The position numbers and the translations under genes are program-made. From Mobula hypostoma (taxonomy: Eukaryota): DNA of 64,000 nt. The stretch lies in assembly GCF_963921235.1 (NCBI RefSeq), contig NC_086098.1, positions 2,418,001 to 2,482,000 of the forward strand, in the 5' to 3' direction. Of this stretch, positions 1-12,570 are shown one piece after another. Below the pieces are notes generated by a model. It was not told the origin of the DNA. It searched no databases and saw only the letters and a list, made by a program, of their open reading frames with translations. Each line of letters opens with the position of its first letter. Position 1 is the first letter of the stretch.

Positions 1-307
1 CATGTACTGTAAATAGTTAGATAATACATTTACTTTAAACTTTGAACTTTTTTACAAAACAACAGCTTTGATTCCAATCTTGTAAATTAACCCAGGGTCC
101 ATAAACTTCGAGTTACAGCTTTCCAAACTCTCCTTATCAAAATGTTCCCTCATCAATTAACCATTTTTGATGCCCTCCAACCCTGAGGAAACTAGCTTCT
201 CCACATCTACCTTGGCTCTCAAGCTCCTCAAGTCAGTGCAATGTCTGCCATGTAATCTCTTTTGACAGGTTGAGTGAGCTCGGGCATTTTCTCTCTCACG
301 GGAAGGA

Positions 308-680
308 GGATGAGAGGTGTACAAGATGATAAGAGGCATACAAGATGATGAGAGGCATAGACCGAGTGGACACCCAGAGACTTTTTCCCAGGGTGGAAGT
401 GGCTAATAAGAGGGGACATAATTTTAAGGTGATTGAAGGAAAATTTGGGGGGAACGTCAGACAAGAGTAATGGAACACCCTGTCATGGATCACCTGCCAG
501 GGGTGCTGGTAGAGGCCGATACATGAGCTTCATTGAAGAAACTCCAAGATAGGCACATGAATGATGGAAAAATGGAAGGCTATGTAGGAGGGAAGGGATA
601 GATTGATATTACAGTAGGTTCCAAGATGGCAAAACATTGTGGGCTGAATGGCCCGTACTGTGCTCTAATGTTGTATGTTC
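308..680 (+). mobile_element. Degraded CR1-type LINE 3' fragment
   Basis: Resembles the ORF2 C-terminus and 3' UTR of the other CR1 copies here (e.g. 32780-33140); ends in ggcccgtactgtgctctaatgttgtatgttc. Confidence 0.75.
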
Positions 681-699
681 CATATCATAGAACATAGAA

Positions 700-1088
700 G
701 AGGGATTGGATAATTATGTCTGCAGGCAGGAACAAGCACGAACAAATTGGGATATAAACACCTACAATGGTTGGTATATAGGCTTGTATGCAACATTTTG
801 GACCAGTGGAAATGGTCCAGAAGGGTTGTATGGAAACTATTATTACCACTTAACAACTAATTTCATTACTTAGCCTAATAGGTTAGATTTACCACAGTAC
901 ATAATTATCTATTTAAATGTTTATTTTGCTTTTATATCATCTCAATGTGTACTTAAGAATGTATAAATAATTGTAGTTTTATACATATAAAAAAAAGGAA
1001 AATGTTATATGTGTGAAAAAAGTACATGATAATTGTGAACTCCTTATCCAAATAAAAATAAAATTAAAAAAAAGAAAACAAAAAAAAA
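700..1088 (+). mobile_element. Poly(A)-tailed retroposed insertion (probably an L1-type 3' end) in a CR1 tail
   Basis: AT-rich segment ending in AATAAA plus an A-rich tail (~1051-1088). It splits the minus-strand CR1 tail catagaacatagaa / tagagtagtacagcac. Confidence 0.55.
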
Positions 1089-1587
1089 GATAGAGTAGTA
1101 CAGCACATTACAGGCCCTTCAGCCCATAATGTTGTGCCGACCCTCAAACCCTGCCTCCCATATAACCCCTGACCTTAAATTCCTCCATATACCTGTCCAG
1201 TAAGCTCTTAAACTTCACTAGTGTATCTGCCTCCACCACTGACTCAGGCAGTGCATTCCACGCACCAACCACTCTCTGAGTAAAAAACCTTCCTCTAATA
1301 TCCCCCTTGAACTTCCCACCTCTTACCTTAAAGCCATGTCCTCTTGTATTGAGCAGTGGTGCCCTGGGGAAGAGGCACTAGCTATCCACTCTATCTATTC
1401 CTCTTATTAGCTTGTACACCTCTATCAGGTCTCCTCCTCATCCTTCTTCTCTCCAGAGAGTAAAGCCCTTAAACTCTGATCATAATGCACACTCTCTAAA
1501 CCAGGCAGCATCCTGGTAAATCTCCTTTGTACCCTTTCCAATGCTTCCACATCCTTCCTATAGTGAGGCGACCAGAACTGGACACAG

Positions 1588-2664
1588 GGATACTGGACCA
1601 GGGATGCTTCCCTGATGTCATGGATTCTTGATTACATGACTGGCAGTCCACAGTACATGTGCTTGCAACACTGTGTGTCCAACAGAATGATCAGCAGCAC
1701 TGGGGCTCCACAGGGGACTGTCTTGTCTCCCTTTCTCTTCACCATTTACACCTCGGACTTCAACTACTGCACAGAGTCTTGTCATCTTCAGAAGTTTTTG
1801 GATGACTCTGCCATAGTTGGATGCATCAGCAAGGGAGATGAGGCTGAGTACAGGGCTATGGTAGGAAACTTTGTCACATGGTGTGAGCAGAATTATCTGC
1901 AGCTTAAAGTGAAAAAGACTAAGGAGCTGGTGGTAGACCTGAGGAGAGCTAAGGTACCGGTGACCCCTGTTTCCATCCAGGGTGTCAGTGTGGACATGGT
2001 GGAGGATTACAAATACCTGGGGATACGAATTGACAATAAACTGGACTGGTCAAAGAACACTGAATCTGTCTACAAGAAGGGTCAGAGCCGTCTCTATTTT
2101 CTGAGGAGACTGAGGTCCTTTAACATCTGCCGGATTATGCTGAGGATATTCTACGAGTCTGTGGTGGCCAGTGCTATCATGTTTGCTGTTGTGTGCTGGG
2201 GCAGCAGGCTGAGGGTAGCAGGCACCAACAGAATTAACAAATTCATTCGTAAGGCCAGTGATGTTGTGGGGATGGAACTGGACTCTCTCACGGTGGTGTC
2301 TGAAAAGAGGATGCTGTCAAAGTTGCATGCCATCTTGGACAATGTCTCCCATCCACTACATAATGTACTGGGAGGGCACAGGAGTACATTCAGCCAGAGA
2401 CTCATTCCACCAAGATGCAACACAGAGCATCATAGGAAGTCATTCCAGCCTGTGGCCATCAAACTTTACAACTCCTCCCTTGGAAGGTCAGACACCCTGA
2501 GCCAATAGGCTGGTCCTGGACTTATTTCATAATTTACTGGCATAATTTACATATTACTATTTAACTATTTATGGTTTTATTACCATTTAGTATTTATGGT
2601 GCAACTGCAATGAAAACCAATTTCCCCCGGGATCAATAAAGTATGACTACTACTACTATTACTA
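1588..2664 (+). mobile_element. 5'-truncated Rex1/Babar-type LINE nested in CR1
   Basis: RT ORF 1615..2508; 3' end gatcaataaagtatgac followed by (TAC)n. Confidence 0.85.
1615..2508 (+). pseudogene. Partial reverse transcriptase (RT C-terminal half), Rex1/Babar-like
   Basis: GAPQGTVLSPFLF, QKFLDD, KTKELVVD, YKYLG, SRLYFLRRL motifs; 5'-truncated. Confidence 0.85.
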
Positions 2665-4261
2665 CTACTCCAAGTGTGGCCTAACCAGAGTTTTATAAAG
2701 CTGCATCATTACATCGCGACTGTTAAACTCTATCTCTCGACGTATGAAAGTTAACACCCCATAAGCTTTCTTAACTACCCTAACCACCTGTGAGGCAACT
2801 TTCAGGGATCTGTGGACATGTACCCCGAGATCCCTCTGCTCCTCCTCACTACCAAGTATCCTGCCATTTACTTTGTACTCTGCCTTGGAGTTTGTCCTTC
2901 CAAAGTGTACCATCCTCACACTTCTCTGGATTGAACTCCATCTGCCACTTCTCAGCCCACTTCTGCAACCTACCATTGTCTCTCTGCAATCTTCGACAAT
3001 CCTCTACACTATCTATAACACCACCAACCTTTGTGTCGTCTGTAAACTTGCCAACCCACCCTTCTACCCCCACATCCAGGTCGTTAATAAAAATCACGAA
3101 AAGTAGAGGTCCCAGAACAGATCCTTGTGGGACACCACTAGTCACAATCCTCCAATCTGAATGTACTCCCTCCACCACCATCCTCTGCCTTCTGCACGCA
3201 AGCCAATTCTGAATCCACCTGGCCAAACTTCCCTGGATCCCATGCCTTCTAACTTTCTGAATAAGCCTACTGTGTGGAACCTTGTCAAATGCCTTACTGA
3301 AGTCCATATAGATCACATCCACTGCACTACTCTCATCTATATGCCTGGTCACCTCCTCAAAGAACTCTATCAGGCTTGTTAGACATGATCTGCCCTTCAC
3401 AAAGTCATGCTGACTGTCCCTGATCAGACCATGATTCTCTAAATGCCCAGAGATCCTATCTCTAAGAATCTTTTCCAACAGCTTTCCCACCACAGACGTA
3501 AGGCTCACTGGTCTATAATTACCCGGACTATCCCTACTACCTTTTTTGAACAAGGGGACAACATTCGCCTCCCTCCAATCCTCCGGTACCATTCCCGCGG
3601 ACAACGAGGACATAAAGATCCTAGCCAGAGGCTCAGCAACCTCTTCCCTCGCCTCGTGGAGCAGCCTGAGGGATATTCCCTCAGGCCCCGGGGACTTATC
3701 CATCCTAATGTATTTTAACAACTCCAAAACCTCCTCTCCCTTAATATCAACGTGCTCCAGAACATAAACCTCACTCATATTGTCCTCACCATCATCAAGT
3801 TCCCTCTCATTGGTGAATACCGAACAGAAGTATTCACTGAGGACCTTACTCACTTCCACAGCCTCCAGGCGCATCTTCCCACCTTCATCTTTAATAGGTC
3901 CTACCTTCACTCCTGTCATCCTTTTTTTCTTCACGTAATTGAAGAATGCCTTGGAGTTTTCCTTTACCCTACTCACCAAGGCCTTCTCGTGCCCCCTTCT
4001 TGCTCTCCTCAGCCTCTTCTTAAGCTCCTTTCTTGCTTCCCTATATTCCTCAATAGACCCATCTGATCCTTGCATCCTAAACCTCATGCATGCTGCCTTC
4101 TTCCACCTGACTAGATTTTCCACCTCACTTGTCACCCATGGTTCCTTCACCCTACCATTCTTTATCTTCCTCTCTGGGACAAATTTATCCCTAACATCCT
4201 GCTTCCTGGATAAACATCCTGCTTATCCCTATCATTAAACCTCTCTCAATACAACTGGATA

Positions 4262-4775
4262 TTGATGCTGAGGATATTCTACGAGTCTATGGTGGCCAGT
4301 GTGAGCATGTTTGCTGTTGTGTGCTGGGGCAGCAGGCTGAGGGTAGCAGACACCAACAGAATCAACAAACTCATTCGTAAGGCCAGTGATGTTGTGGGGA
4401 TGGAACCGGACTCTCTCACGGTGGTGTCTGAAAAGAGAATGCTGTCCAAGTTGCATGCCATCTTGGACAATATCTCCCATCCACTACATAATGTACTGGT
4501 TGGGCACAGGAGTACATTCAGCCAGAGACTCATTCCACCAAGATGCAACACAGAGCATCATAGGAAGTCATTCCTGCCTGTGGCCATCAAACTTTACAAC
4601 TCCTCCCTTGGAGGGTCAGGCACCCTGAGCCAATAGGCTGATTTTGGACTTATTTCCTGGCATAATTTACATATTAATATTTAACTATTTATGGTTTTAT
4701 TACTATTTAATTTTTTATGGTGCAACTGTAACAAAATCCAATTTTCCCCGGGATCGATGAAGTATGACTATGACT
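4262..4775 (+). mobile_element. Second, shorter copy of the same Rex1/Babar-type LINE 3' end
   Basis: ORF 4262..4636 is nearly identical to the C-terminus of 1615..2508; tail gtatgactatgact. Confidence 0.88.
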
Positions 4776-5855
4776 TTATTCACTGCCTTAAACTGTCATG
4801 GAGCCATAGAGTCATAGAGCACTGCAGCACGGAAACAGGCCCTTCAGCCCATCAAGTCTATGCTGAATTATTGCTCTGCCTAGTCCTAGCATCCAGACCA
4901 CAGCCCTCCATTACCTAGTCATCCATGCATCTATCAAATCTTCTCTAAAATGTTGAAATTGAACCTAGATCCATTACCTCTGATGGCTTGTTCCACACTC
5001 TCACTACATTCTGAACATCAGGGTGTTGGTCAGACATTTTGTTTCTTTCATATTCCTTTTTGAATGTGAATTTATGAGGTACTTAAGTAATGCTCAACTT
5101 GATTATTTAGCCAATTTTGAAGTGAAACATTTCTGCAATGGCTCCATCGATTTTCTTGGAAAGTGCCATTTCCAGTGCATGGGGGAAGTGGAGTCCCTCC
5201 CAGAGATTACTGTTTAGTACAACTCATGGAACTAATTTGACCTTCTCTATTTAATGGGGCCACATTGTTTGCGCCCTATCTGAAACAATTTCTGAGGTAG
5301 TCCCAGAATTTCAATCACAAAACACTTTTTCCAGTTACGATATCATTGAAAGTTGATCTTTCTCAGAGTGAGATGCAGTTACAACTATATGTGACTATTT
5401 AGGGTCTGGGAAGCACACCCATAGAAGAAACAGAAACTAGTTCAGTCACTGCATTCTGTGGGGAATTGAACAAGTACTTGAGGTTGAATTTGAGTAAGAC
5501 ATTCCTGAGGCCATATCCTGGAGTACTGTATGCAGTTTGGTCACCTACCTACAGGAAAGGTTTCAATATGATTGAAAGAGTGTAGAGAAAATTTACTAAG
5601 ATGTTGCAGAGAATTATTAAAGAACTCAGCTATAGGGAAAGGTTAAATAGGTTAGAACTTTATTCTGTGGAGCATAGGAGAATGAGAGGAGATTTGATAG
5701 AAGTATATGAAATTATGAGGGGTATAGATAGGGTAAATACAAGCAGGCTTTTTCCACTGAGGTTGGGTGAGACTACAATTAGAGGTTATGGGTTAAGGGT
5801 GAGAGGTGAACTATTTAGTGGAAACATGGTGGGGAACTTCTTCACACAGAAGGTC

Positions 5856-8752
5856 ATAGAAACATAGAAACATAGAAAATAGGTGCAGGAGTAGGCCATT
5901 CGGCCCTTCGAGCCTGCACCGCCATTTATTATGATCATGGCTGATCATCCAACTCAGAACCCTGCACCAGCATTCCCTCCATACCCTCTGATCCCCCTAG
6001 CCACAAGGCCCATATCTAACTCCCTCTTAAATATAGCCAATGAACTGGCCTCAACTGTTTCCTGTGACCCTAATTCCACAGATTCACCACTCTCTGTGTG
6101 AAGAAGTTTTTCCTAATCTCAGTCCTAAAAGGCTTCGCCTTTATCCTCAAACCGTGACCCCTCGTTCTGGACTTGCCCAACATCGGGAACAATCTTCCTG
6201 CATCTAGCCTGTCCAATCCCTTTAGGATTTTATACGTTTCAATCAGATCCCCCCTCAATCTTCTAAATTCCAACGAGTACAAGCCTAGTTCATCCAGTCT
6301 TTCTTCATATGACAGTCCTGCCATCCCAGGAATCAATCTGGTGAACCTTCTTTGTACTCCCTCTATGGCAAGGATGTCTTTCCTCAGATTAGGGGACCAA
6401 AACTGCACACAATACTCCAGGTGTGGTCTCACCAAGGCCTTGTACAACTGCAGTAGTACCTCCCTGCTCCTGTACTCGAATCCTCTCGCTATAAATGCCA
6501 GCATACCATTCGCCTTTTTCACCGCCTGCTGTACCTGCATGCCCACTTTCAATGACTGGTGTATAATGACACCCAGGTCTCGTTGCACCTCCCCTTTTCC
6601 TAATCGGCCACCATTCAGATAATAATCTGTTTTCCTATTTTTGCCACCAAAGTGGATAACTTCACATTTATCCACATTAAATTGCATCTGCCATGAATTT
6701 GCCCACTCACCCAACCTATCTAAGTCACCCTGCATCCTCTTAGCATCCTCCTCACAGCTAACACTGCCGCCCAGCTTCATGTCATCCACAAACTTGGAGA
6801 TGCTGCATTTAATTCCCTCATCCAAGTCATTAATATATATTGTAAACAACTGGGGTCCCAGCACTGAGCCTTGCGGTACCCCACTAGTCACCGCCTGCCA
6901 TTCTGAAAAGGTCCCGTTTATTCCCACTCTTTGCTTCCTGTCTGCTAACCAATTCTCTATCCACATCAATACCGTACCCCCAATACCGTGTGCTTTACGT
7001 TTGCACACTAATCTCCTGTGTGGGACCTTGTGAAAAGCCTTTTGAAAATCCAAATATACCACATCCACTGGTTCTCCCCTATCCACTCTACTAGCTACAT
7101 CCTCAAAAAATTCTATGAGATTCATCAGACATGATTTTCCTTTCACAAATCCATGCTGACTTTGTCCGATCATTTCACCGCTTTCCAAATGTGTTGTTAT
7201 CACATCTTTGATAACTGACTCCAGCAGTTTCCCCACCACCGACGTTAGGCTAACCGGTCTATAATTCCCCGGTTTCTCTCTTCCTCCTTTTTTAAAAAGT
7301 GGGGTTACATTAGCCACCCTCCAATCCTCAGGAACTAGTCCAGAATCTAACGGGTTTTGAAGAATTATCACTAATGCATCCTCTATTTCTTGGGCTACTT
7401 CCTTAAGCACTCTGGGATGCAGACCATTTGGCCCTGGGGATTTATCTGCCTTTAATCCCTTCAATTTACCTAACACCACTTCCCTACTAACATGTATTTC
7501 GCTCAGTTCCTCCATCTCACTGAACCCTCTGTCCCCTACTATTTCTGGAAGATTATTTATGTCCTCCTTAGTGAAGACAGAACGAAAGTAATTATTCAAT
7601 TGGTCTGCCATGTCCTTGTTCCCCATAATCAATTCACCTGTTTCTGTCTGTAGGGGACCTACATTTGTCTTTACCAGTCTTTTCCTTTTTACATACCTAT
7701 AAAAGCTTTTACAGTCAGTTTTTATGTTCCCTGCCAGTTTCCTCTCATAATCTTTTTTCCCCTTCCTAATTAAGCCCTTTGTCCTCCTCTGCTGAACTCT
7801 GAATTTCTCCCAGTCCTCAGGTGAGCCACTTTTTCTGGCTAATTTGTATGTTTCTTCTTTGGAATTGATACTATCCCTAATTTCCCTTGTCAGCCACGGG
7901 TGCACTACCTTCCTTGATTTATTCTTCTGCCAAACTGGGATGAACAATTGTTGTCGTTCATCCATGCAATCTTTAAATGCTTGCCATTGCATATCCACCG
8001 TCAATCCTTTAAGTGTCATTTGCCAGTCTATCTTAGCTAATTCACGTCTCATACCTTCAAAGTTACCCCTCTTTAAGTTCAGAACCTTTGTTTCTGAATT
8101 AACTATGTCACTCTCCATCTTAATTAAGAATTCCACCATATTATGATCACTCTTACCCAAGGGGCCTCTCACGACAAGGTTGCTAATTAACCCTTCCTCA
8201 TTGCTCAATACCCGGTCTGGAATAGCCTGCTCTCTAGTTAGTTCCTCGACATGTTGGTTCAAAAAACCATTCCGCATACATTCCAAGAAATTCTCTTCCT
8301 CAGCACCTTTACCAAATTGGTTCACCCAATCTACATGTAGATTGAAGTCACCCATTATAACTGCTGTTCCTTTATTGCACACATTTCTAATTTCCTGTTT
8401 AATACCATCCCCGACCTCACTACTACTGTTAAGTGGCCTGTACACAACTCCCACCAGCGTTTTCTGCCCCTTAGTGTTATGCAGCTCTATCCATATCGAT
8501 TCCACATCTTCCCGGCTTATGTCCTTCCTTTCTATTGCGTTAATCTCCTCTTTAACCAGCAACGCCACCCCACCTCCTTTTCTTTCATGTCTGTCCCTCC
8601 TGAATATTGAATATCCCTGAACGTTGAGCTCCCATCCTTGGTCACCCTGGAGCCATGTCTCTGTGATCCCAACTATATCATAATCATTAATAACAATCTG
8701 CACTTTCAATTCATCCACCTTGTTACGAATGCTCCTGGCATTGACACACAAA
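5856..8752 (-). mobile_element. CR1-type LINE, truncated at the start of ORF2
   Basis: (catagaaa)n tail at 5856-5878; 893-aa APE+RT ORF. Confidence 0.95.
6070..8751 (-). pseudogene. Near-complete CR1 ORF2: apurinic endonuclease plus reverse transcriptase
   Basis: APE motifs NARSI, ITETW, GGGVALLV, MGDFN, SDH; RT motifs [32 protein letters not shown]. No ORF1 or promoter; premature stop after VVNLWN. Confidence 0.92.
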
Positions 8753-8869
8753 GAGTGAGGTTGATTTCAACATTTAAGAGAAGTTTGGAGAGGTGTGGGG
8801 GCCTATGGTCCGGGTACAGATTGATGGGAATGGGCAGAATAACAACTCAGCACAGACATAACCTGCTCC

Positions 8870-9170
8870 GTCATGGACAAACAACCCTCCCCACCAATTG
8901 AGAACATTTCCAGTAGAAGGTGACTCAACAAGATAGCATCCATCACGAAGCTCGCTCACCATCTGGAACATAGTCTTTTCGGTACAAGAACCTGAGGACC
9001 TACACTTAGATATGTAGGAATGGCTTCTTCCCTCCACTATCATATTTCTGGGCGGACATTGAACACTACTTTCTAATTGCTCTTTTCTTAAAACATTTAT
9101 TTACCGTTGTAACCTATAGTAATTTTTATGTCATTGTTCTGTACTGCTGCTGTTATACAAATAATTTCAT
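8870..9170 (+). mobile_element. Degraded Rex1/Babar-like 3' fragment
   Basis: Resembles the C-terminal region and 3' UTR of 27503-28622 (ccctccccacc..attgagaacat; ggcttcttcccctcc). Confidence 0.55.
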
Positions 9171-9242
9171 AAAGCCATAGAGTCATGGAGCACAACAGTA
9201 CAGAAACAGGTCACTTGGTGAATCTACTCTGTGCCTACCTTT

Positions 9243-10061
9243 TGTCATGTGTGACGCCCAGCAGAGGTACCGGACTGATGATGCTAATGAGAGAGATAAG
9301 AAAGACAATGGAGAAACATTCAAAATGCCTATAAGAGAGAAGAAAGAGATTAACGAGAAAGAAACACAATTCAGATATTGACAGACCGGTTGCTTTGAAC
9401 CTGAACTATTTGAAGTTAGATGGACAGGTGATACCCCAGTAGGGGGATAAAAGGAGCAGGTTTGCTAAGGCACGGGACACACCACAAGACCCTGGAAAGA
9501 GCAGTGTGCCCCCACAAGTTGGTGATAGTTTGGAGGTCCAGTTCGCGGGAACCGACCAAAGGCTCACAGGGTGTAAAAGTACGATCGGTGGGAACCTGGG
9601 GTGTGTGTCCGTTCTTGCCTGGGTGCCGGGTTCACCACGGAAGAACGATCGTATCCGGAATGGAGGGGTCACAGTCGGTGACCACAGCGGGATAGAAGAC
9701 ATCAAAGGGTCTGCCTGAAACCAACTGCAAAGACATCCAAAAGGTCTGCCGAAACCAAATTGCATCTCTCTCTCTCTCGCCAACAGTATGACAACAGCAA
9801 TTACTGCGAACTGCACTAAACTGAACTGAACTCTGCTTCATTTAAGACTGATCATTTTACCCCTAGACTGCGATAGAGCTTGGTTGATTCCTATTACTCT
9901 AGTTCGGTGTATATGTGTGTATTATCATTGCTAACCTGTTACATTTATATCCTTACGATTACTTATTTCTTTAATAAAACTTTATTAGTTCCTAGTAATC
10001 CAGACTCCAACGAGCGTTCCATTTCAGCTGGTTTGGCAACCCAGATATGGGGTACGTAACA
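9243..10061 (+). mobile_element. Solo LTR, 819 bp (Gypsy- or ERV-like)
   Basis: TG...CA termini (tgtcatg / cgtaaca); exact 4-bp TSD CTTT (9239-9242, 10062-10065); TATA-like gataaaag near 9446; AATAAA near 9973. Confidence 0.85.
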
Positions 10062-10370
10062 CTTTTAACTGTTAATAAACCTGACCGCACTGGGTCATGT
10101 TCCATTATCATTACACTGTAGCTCAACAATCAAAGTCAACTTATTATCAGAGTATATAGTGTGATTCATTTTCTTGCAGGTGTTCACAGTAAATACAAAG
10201 AAATGCAATAAAATCAATGAGAAAACATACATGAAAAGGGCAGATGAACAACCAATGTGCATAAGACAATAAGCTGTGCAAATACTATAAGAAAAAAATA
10301 GAAAAATAATAAATATAAATAAACAAGGAATATCAAGAACATAAGTTGTAGAATCATTCAAAGTGAGCGC

Positions 10371-12278
10371 ATGGGTAATGGAATCCGAGATGGATTCTTA
10401 GAGCAGCTTGTACCAGAGCCTACCAGAGAGAACGCAATTCTAGATTTAGTGTTGTGCAATGAACTGGATTTGATCGGGGACCTCGAGGTAAAGGAGCCAT
10501 TAGGAGGTAGTGACCATAATATGATAAGTTTTAATCTACAATTTGAGAGGGAGAAGGGAAACTCGGAGGTGTCAGTATTACAGTTGAACAAAGGGAACTA
10601 TGGTGCTATAAGGGAGGAGCTGGCCAAAGTTCAATGGAACAATTCCAAGTGGGAAGCCGGAGGATTGGGAAACTTTTAAAGAGCAACAGAAGGTAACTAA
10701 AAAGGCAATACGCAGAGAGAAAATGAGGTACGAAGGTAAACTAGCCAAGAATATAAAGGAGGATAGTAAAAGCTTCTTTAGGTGTGTGAAAAGGAAAAAA
10801 ATAGTTAAGACCAAAATTGGGCCCTTGAAGACAGAAACAGGTGAATTTATTATGGGGAACAAGTAAATAGCAGACAAGTTTAACAGGTACTTTGGATCTG
10901 TTTTCACTAGGGAAGACAGATCCAATCTCCCAGATATAATAGTGGATGAAGGACCTAGGGTAATGGATGAACTGAAGGAAATTTATATTAGGCAGGAAAT
11001 GGTGTTGGATAGACTGTTGGATCTGGAGGCTGATAAGTTCCCGGGACCTGATGGTCTGCGTCCCAGGGTACTTAAGGAGGTGGCTTTAGAAATCGTGGAC
11101 GCATTGGTAATCATTTTCCAATGTTCTATAGATTCAGGGTCAGTTCCTGTGGATTGGAGGGTGGCTAATGTTGTCCCTCTCTTCAAAAAGTGAGGAAGAG
11201 AGAAAACAGGGAATTATAGACTGGTTAGCCTGACGTCGGTGGTGGGAAAGATGCTGGAGTCAATTATAAAAGATGAAATTACGACACATCTGGATAGCAG
11301 TAACAGGATTGGTTCAAGTCAGCATGGATTTATGAAGGGGAAATCGTGCTTGACTAATCTTATGGAATTTTTTGAGGATGTAACTATGAAAATGGACAAG
11401 GGAGAGCCAGTGGATGTAGTGTACCTGGACTTTCAGAAAGCCTTTGATAAAGTCCCACATAGGAGATTAGTGGGCAAAATTAGGGCACATGGTATTGGAG
11501 GCAGAGTACTGACATGGACTGAAAATTGGTTGGCTGACAGAAAACAAAGAGTAGCGATTAATGGGTCCTTTTCGGAATGGCAGGTGGTGACCAATGGGGT
11601 ACCGCAGGGTTCAGTGCTGGGACCGCAGCTGTTTACAATATATATTAATGATTTAGATGAGGGAATTAAAAATAACATTAGCAAATTTTCCAATGACACA
11701 AAGCTGGGTGGCAGTGTGAAATGTGAGGAAGATGTTATGAGAATGCAGGGGGATTTGGACAAGCTGGGTGAGAGGGCAGATGCATGGCAGATGCAGTTTA
11801 ATGTGGATAAATGTGAGGTTATCCACTTTGGTGGTAAGAACAGGAAGGCAGATTATTATCTAAATGGAGTCAAGTTAGGAAAAAGGGAAGCACAACGAGA
11901 TCTGGGTGTTCTTGTACATCAGTCACTGAAAGCAAGCATGCAAGTACAGCAGGCAGTGAAGCAAGCTAATGGCATGCTGGCCTTCATAACAAGGGGAATT
12001 GAGTATAAGAGCAGAGAGGTCCTTCTGCAGCCATACAGGGCCCTGGTGAGACCACACCTGGAGTACTGTATGCAGTTTTGGTCTCTCTCCAAATTTGAGG
12101 AAGGACATTCTTGCTATTGAGGGAGTGCAGCGTAGGTTCACGAGGTTAACTCCCGGGATGGCGGGGTGTTGAAAGGCAGGAACTGGATACTGATTGTGGA
12201 TGATCAGTCATGATCACAGTGACTGGTGGTGCTGGCTGAAAGGGCCGAATGGCCTACTCCTGCACCTATTGTCTATTG
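10371..12278 (+). mobile_element. CR1-type LINE, truncated and internally deleted
   Basis: ORFs 10371..10679 (GSDHN), 10942..11193 and 11239..12120 (RT motifs); tail ggcctactcctgcacctattgtctattg. Confidence 0.9.
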
Positions 12279-12284
12279 GAATAT

Positions 12285-12570
12285 GTTGAGTGTTGGGGTG
12301 AGTGAGGTTGTGTGAAGTTATCTCCTCTGATTTAAGAGCTTGACGTTTGAGGGGTAATAACTGTTCCTAAACCTGGTGGAGTGGAACCTGAGGCTCCTGT
12401 AGCCCCTTCCTGATGGTTGCAAAGAGAAGAGAGCATGGCCATGGTGGTGGGGGTCTTTGATGATGGATGCTGCTTTCCCTCAATAGTGGTTCTTGTAGAT
12501 GTGTTCAATGGTGGGGAAGCCTTTACCCTTAATGGATTGTGCTGTATCCAATACATCTTGTAGGAATTCC
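12285..12570 (-). mobile_element. Degraded Rex1/Babar-like 3' fragment
   Basis: Minus strand has the recurrent gcagcatccatcatcaaagacccccaccacc...ccatcaggaagg signature. Confidence 0.6.

Larger units (their letters stand above)
1089..4201 (-). mobile_element. 5'-truncated CR1-type LINE, interrupted by a Rex1-like insert at 1588-2664
   Basis: ORFs 2849..4150 and 2665..2976 carry RT motifs ([35 protein letters not shown]). The sequence resumes across the insert (ctggacacag|tactccaag). Near-identical to 29293-33140 and 23528-24160. Confidence 0.92.
5490..8860 (+). mobile_element. Older CR1-type 3' fragment split by the younger CR1 at 5856-8752
   Basis: ORF 5601..5867 (LSYRERLNRLELYS...RGDLIEVY); 3' UTR-like sequence resumes after 8752. 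Confidence 0.7.

Noticed and set aside
2790..4238. Numerous antisense ORFs over LINE ORF2 regions
   Set aside because: Shadow ORFs of the RT coding strand, recurring wherever CR1 copies occur.
5023..5217. 64-aa ORF in unique-looking sequence
   Set aside because: Non-ATG start, no recognisable homology and no clear splice structure.
6070..8751. 893-aa ORF as a domesticated or active gene
   Set aside because: It is a truncated CR1 ORF2 with no ATG start, ORF1 or promoter. It has substitutions in conserved motifs (FVDD, AFHKV) and a premature stop, so it is simply a young copy.
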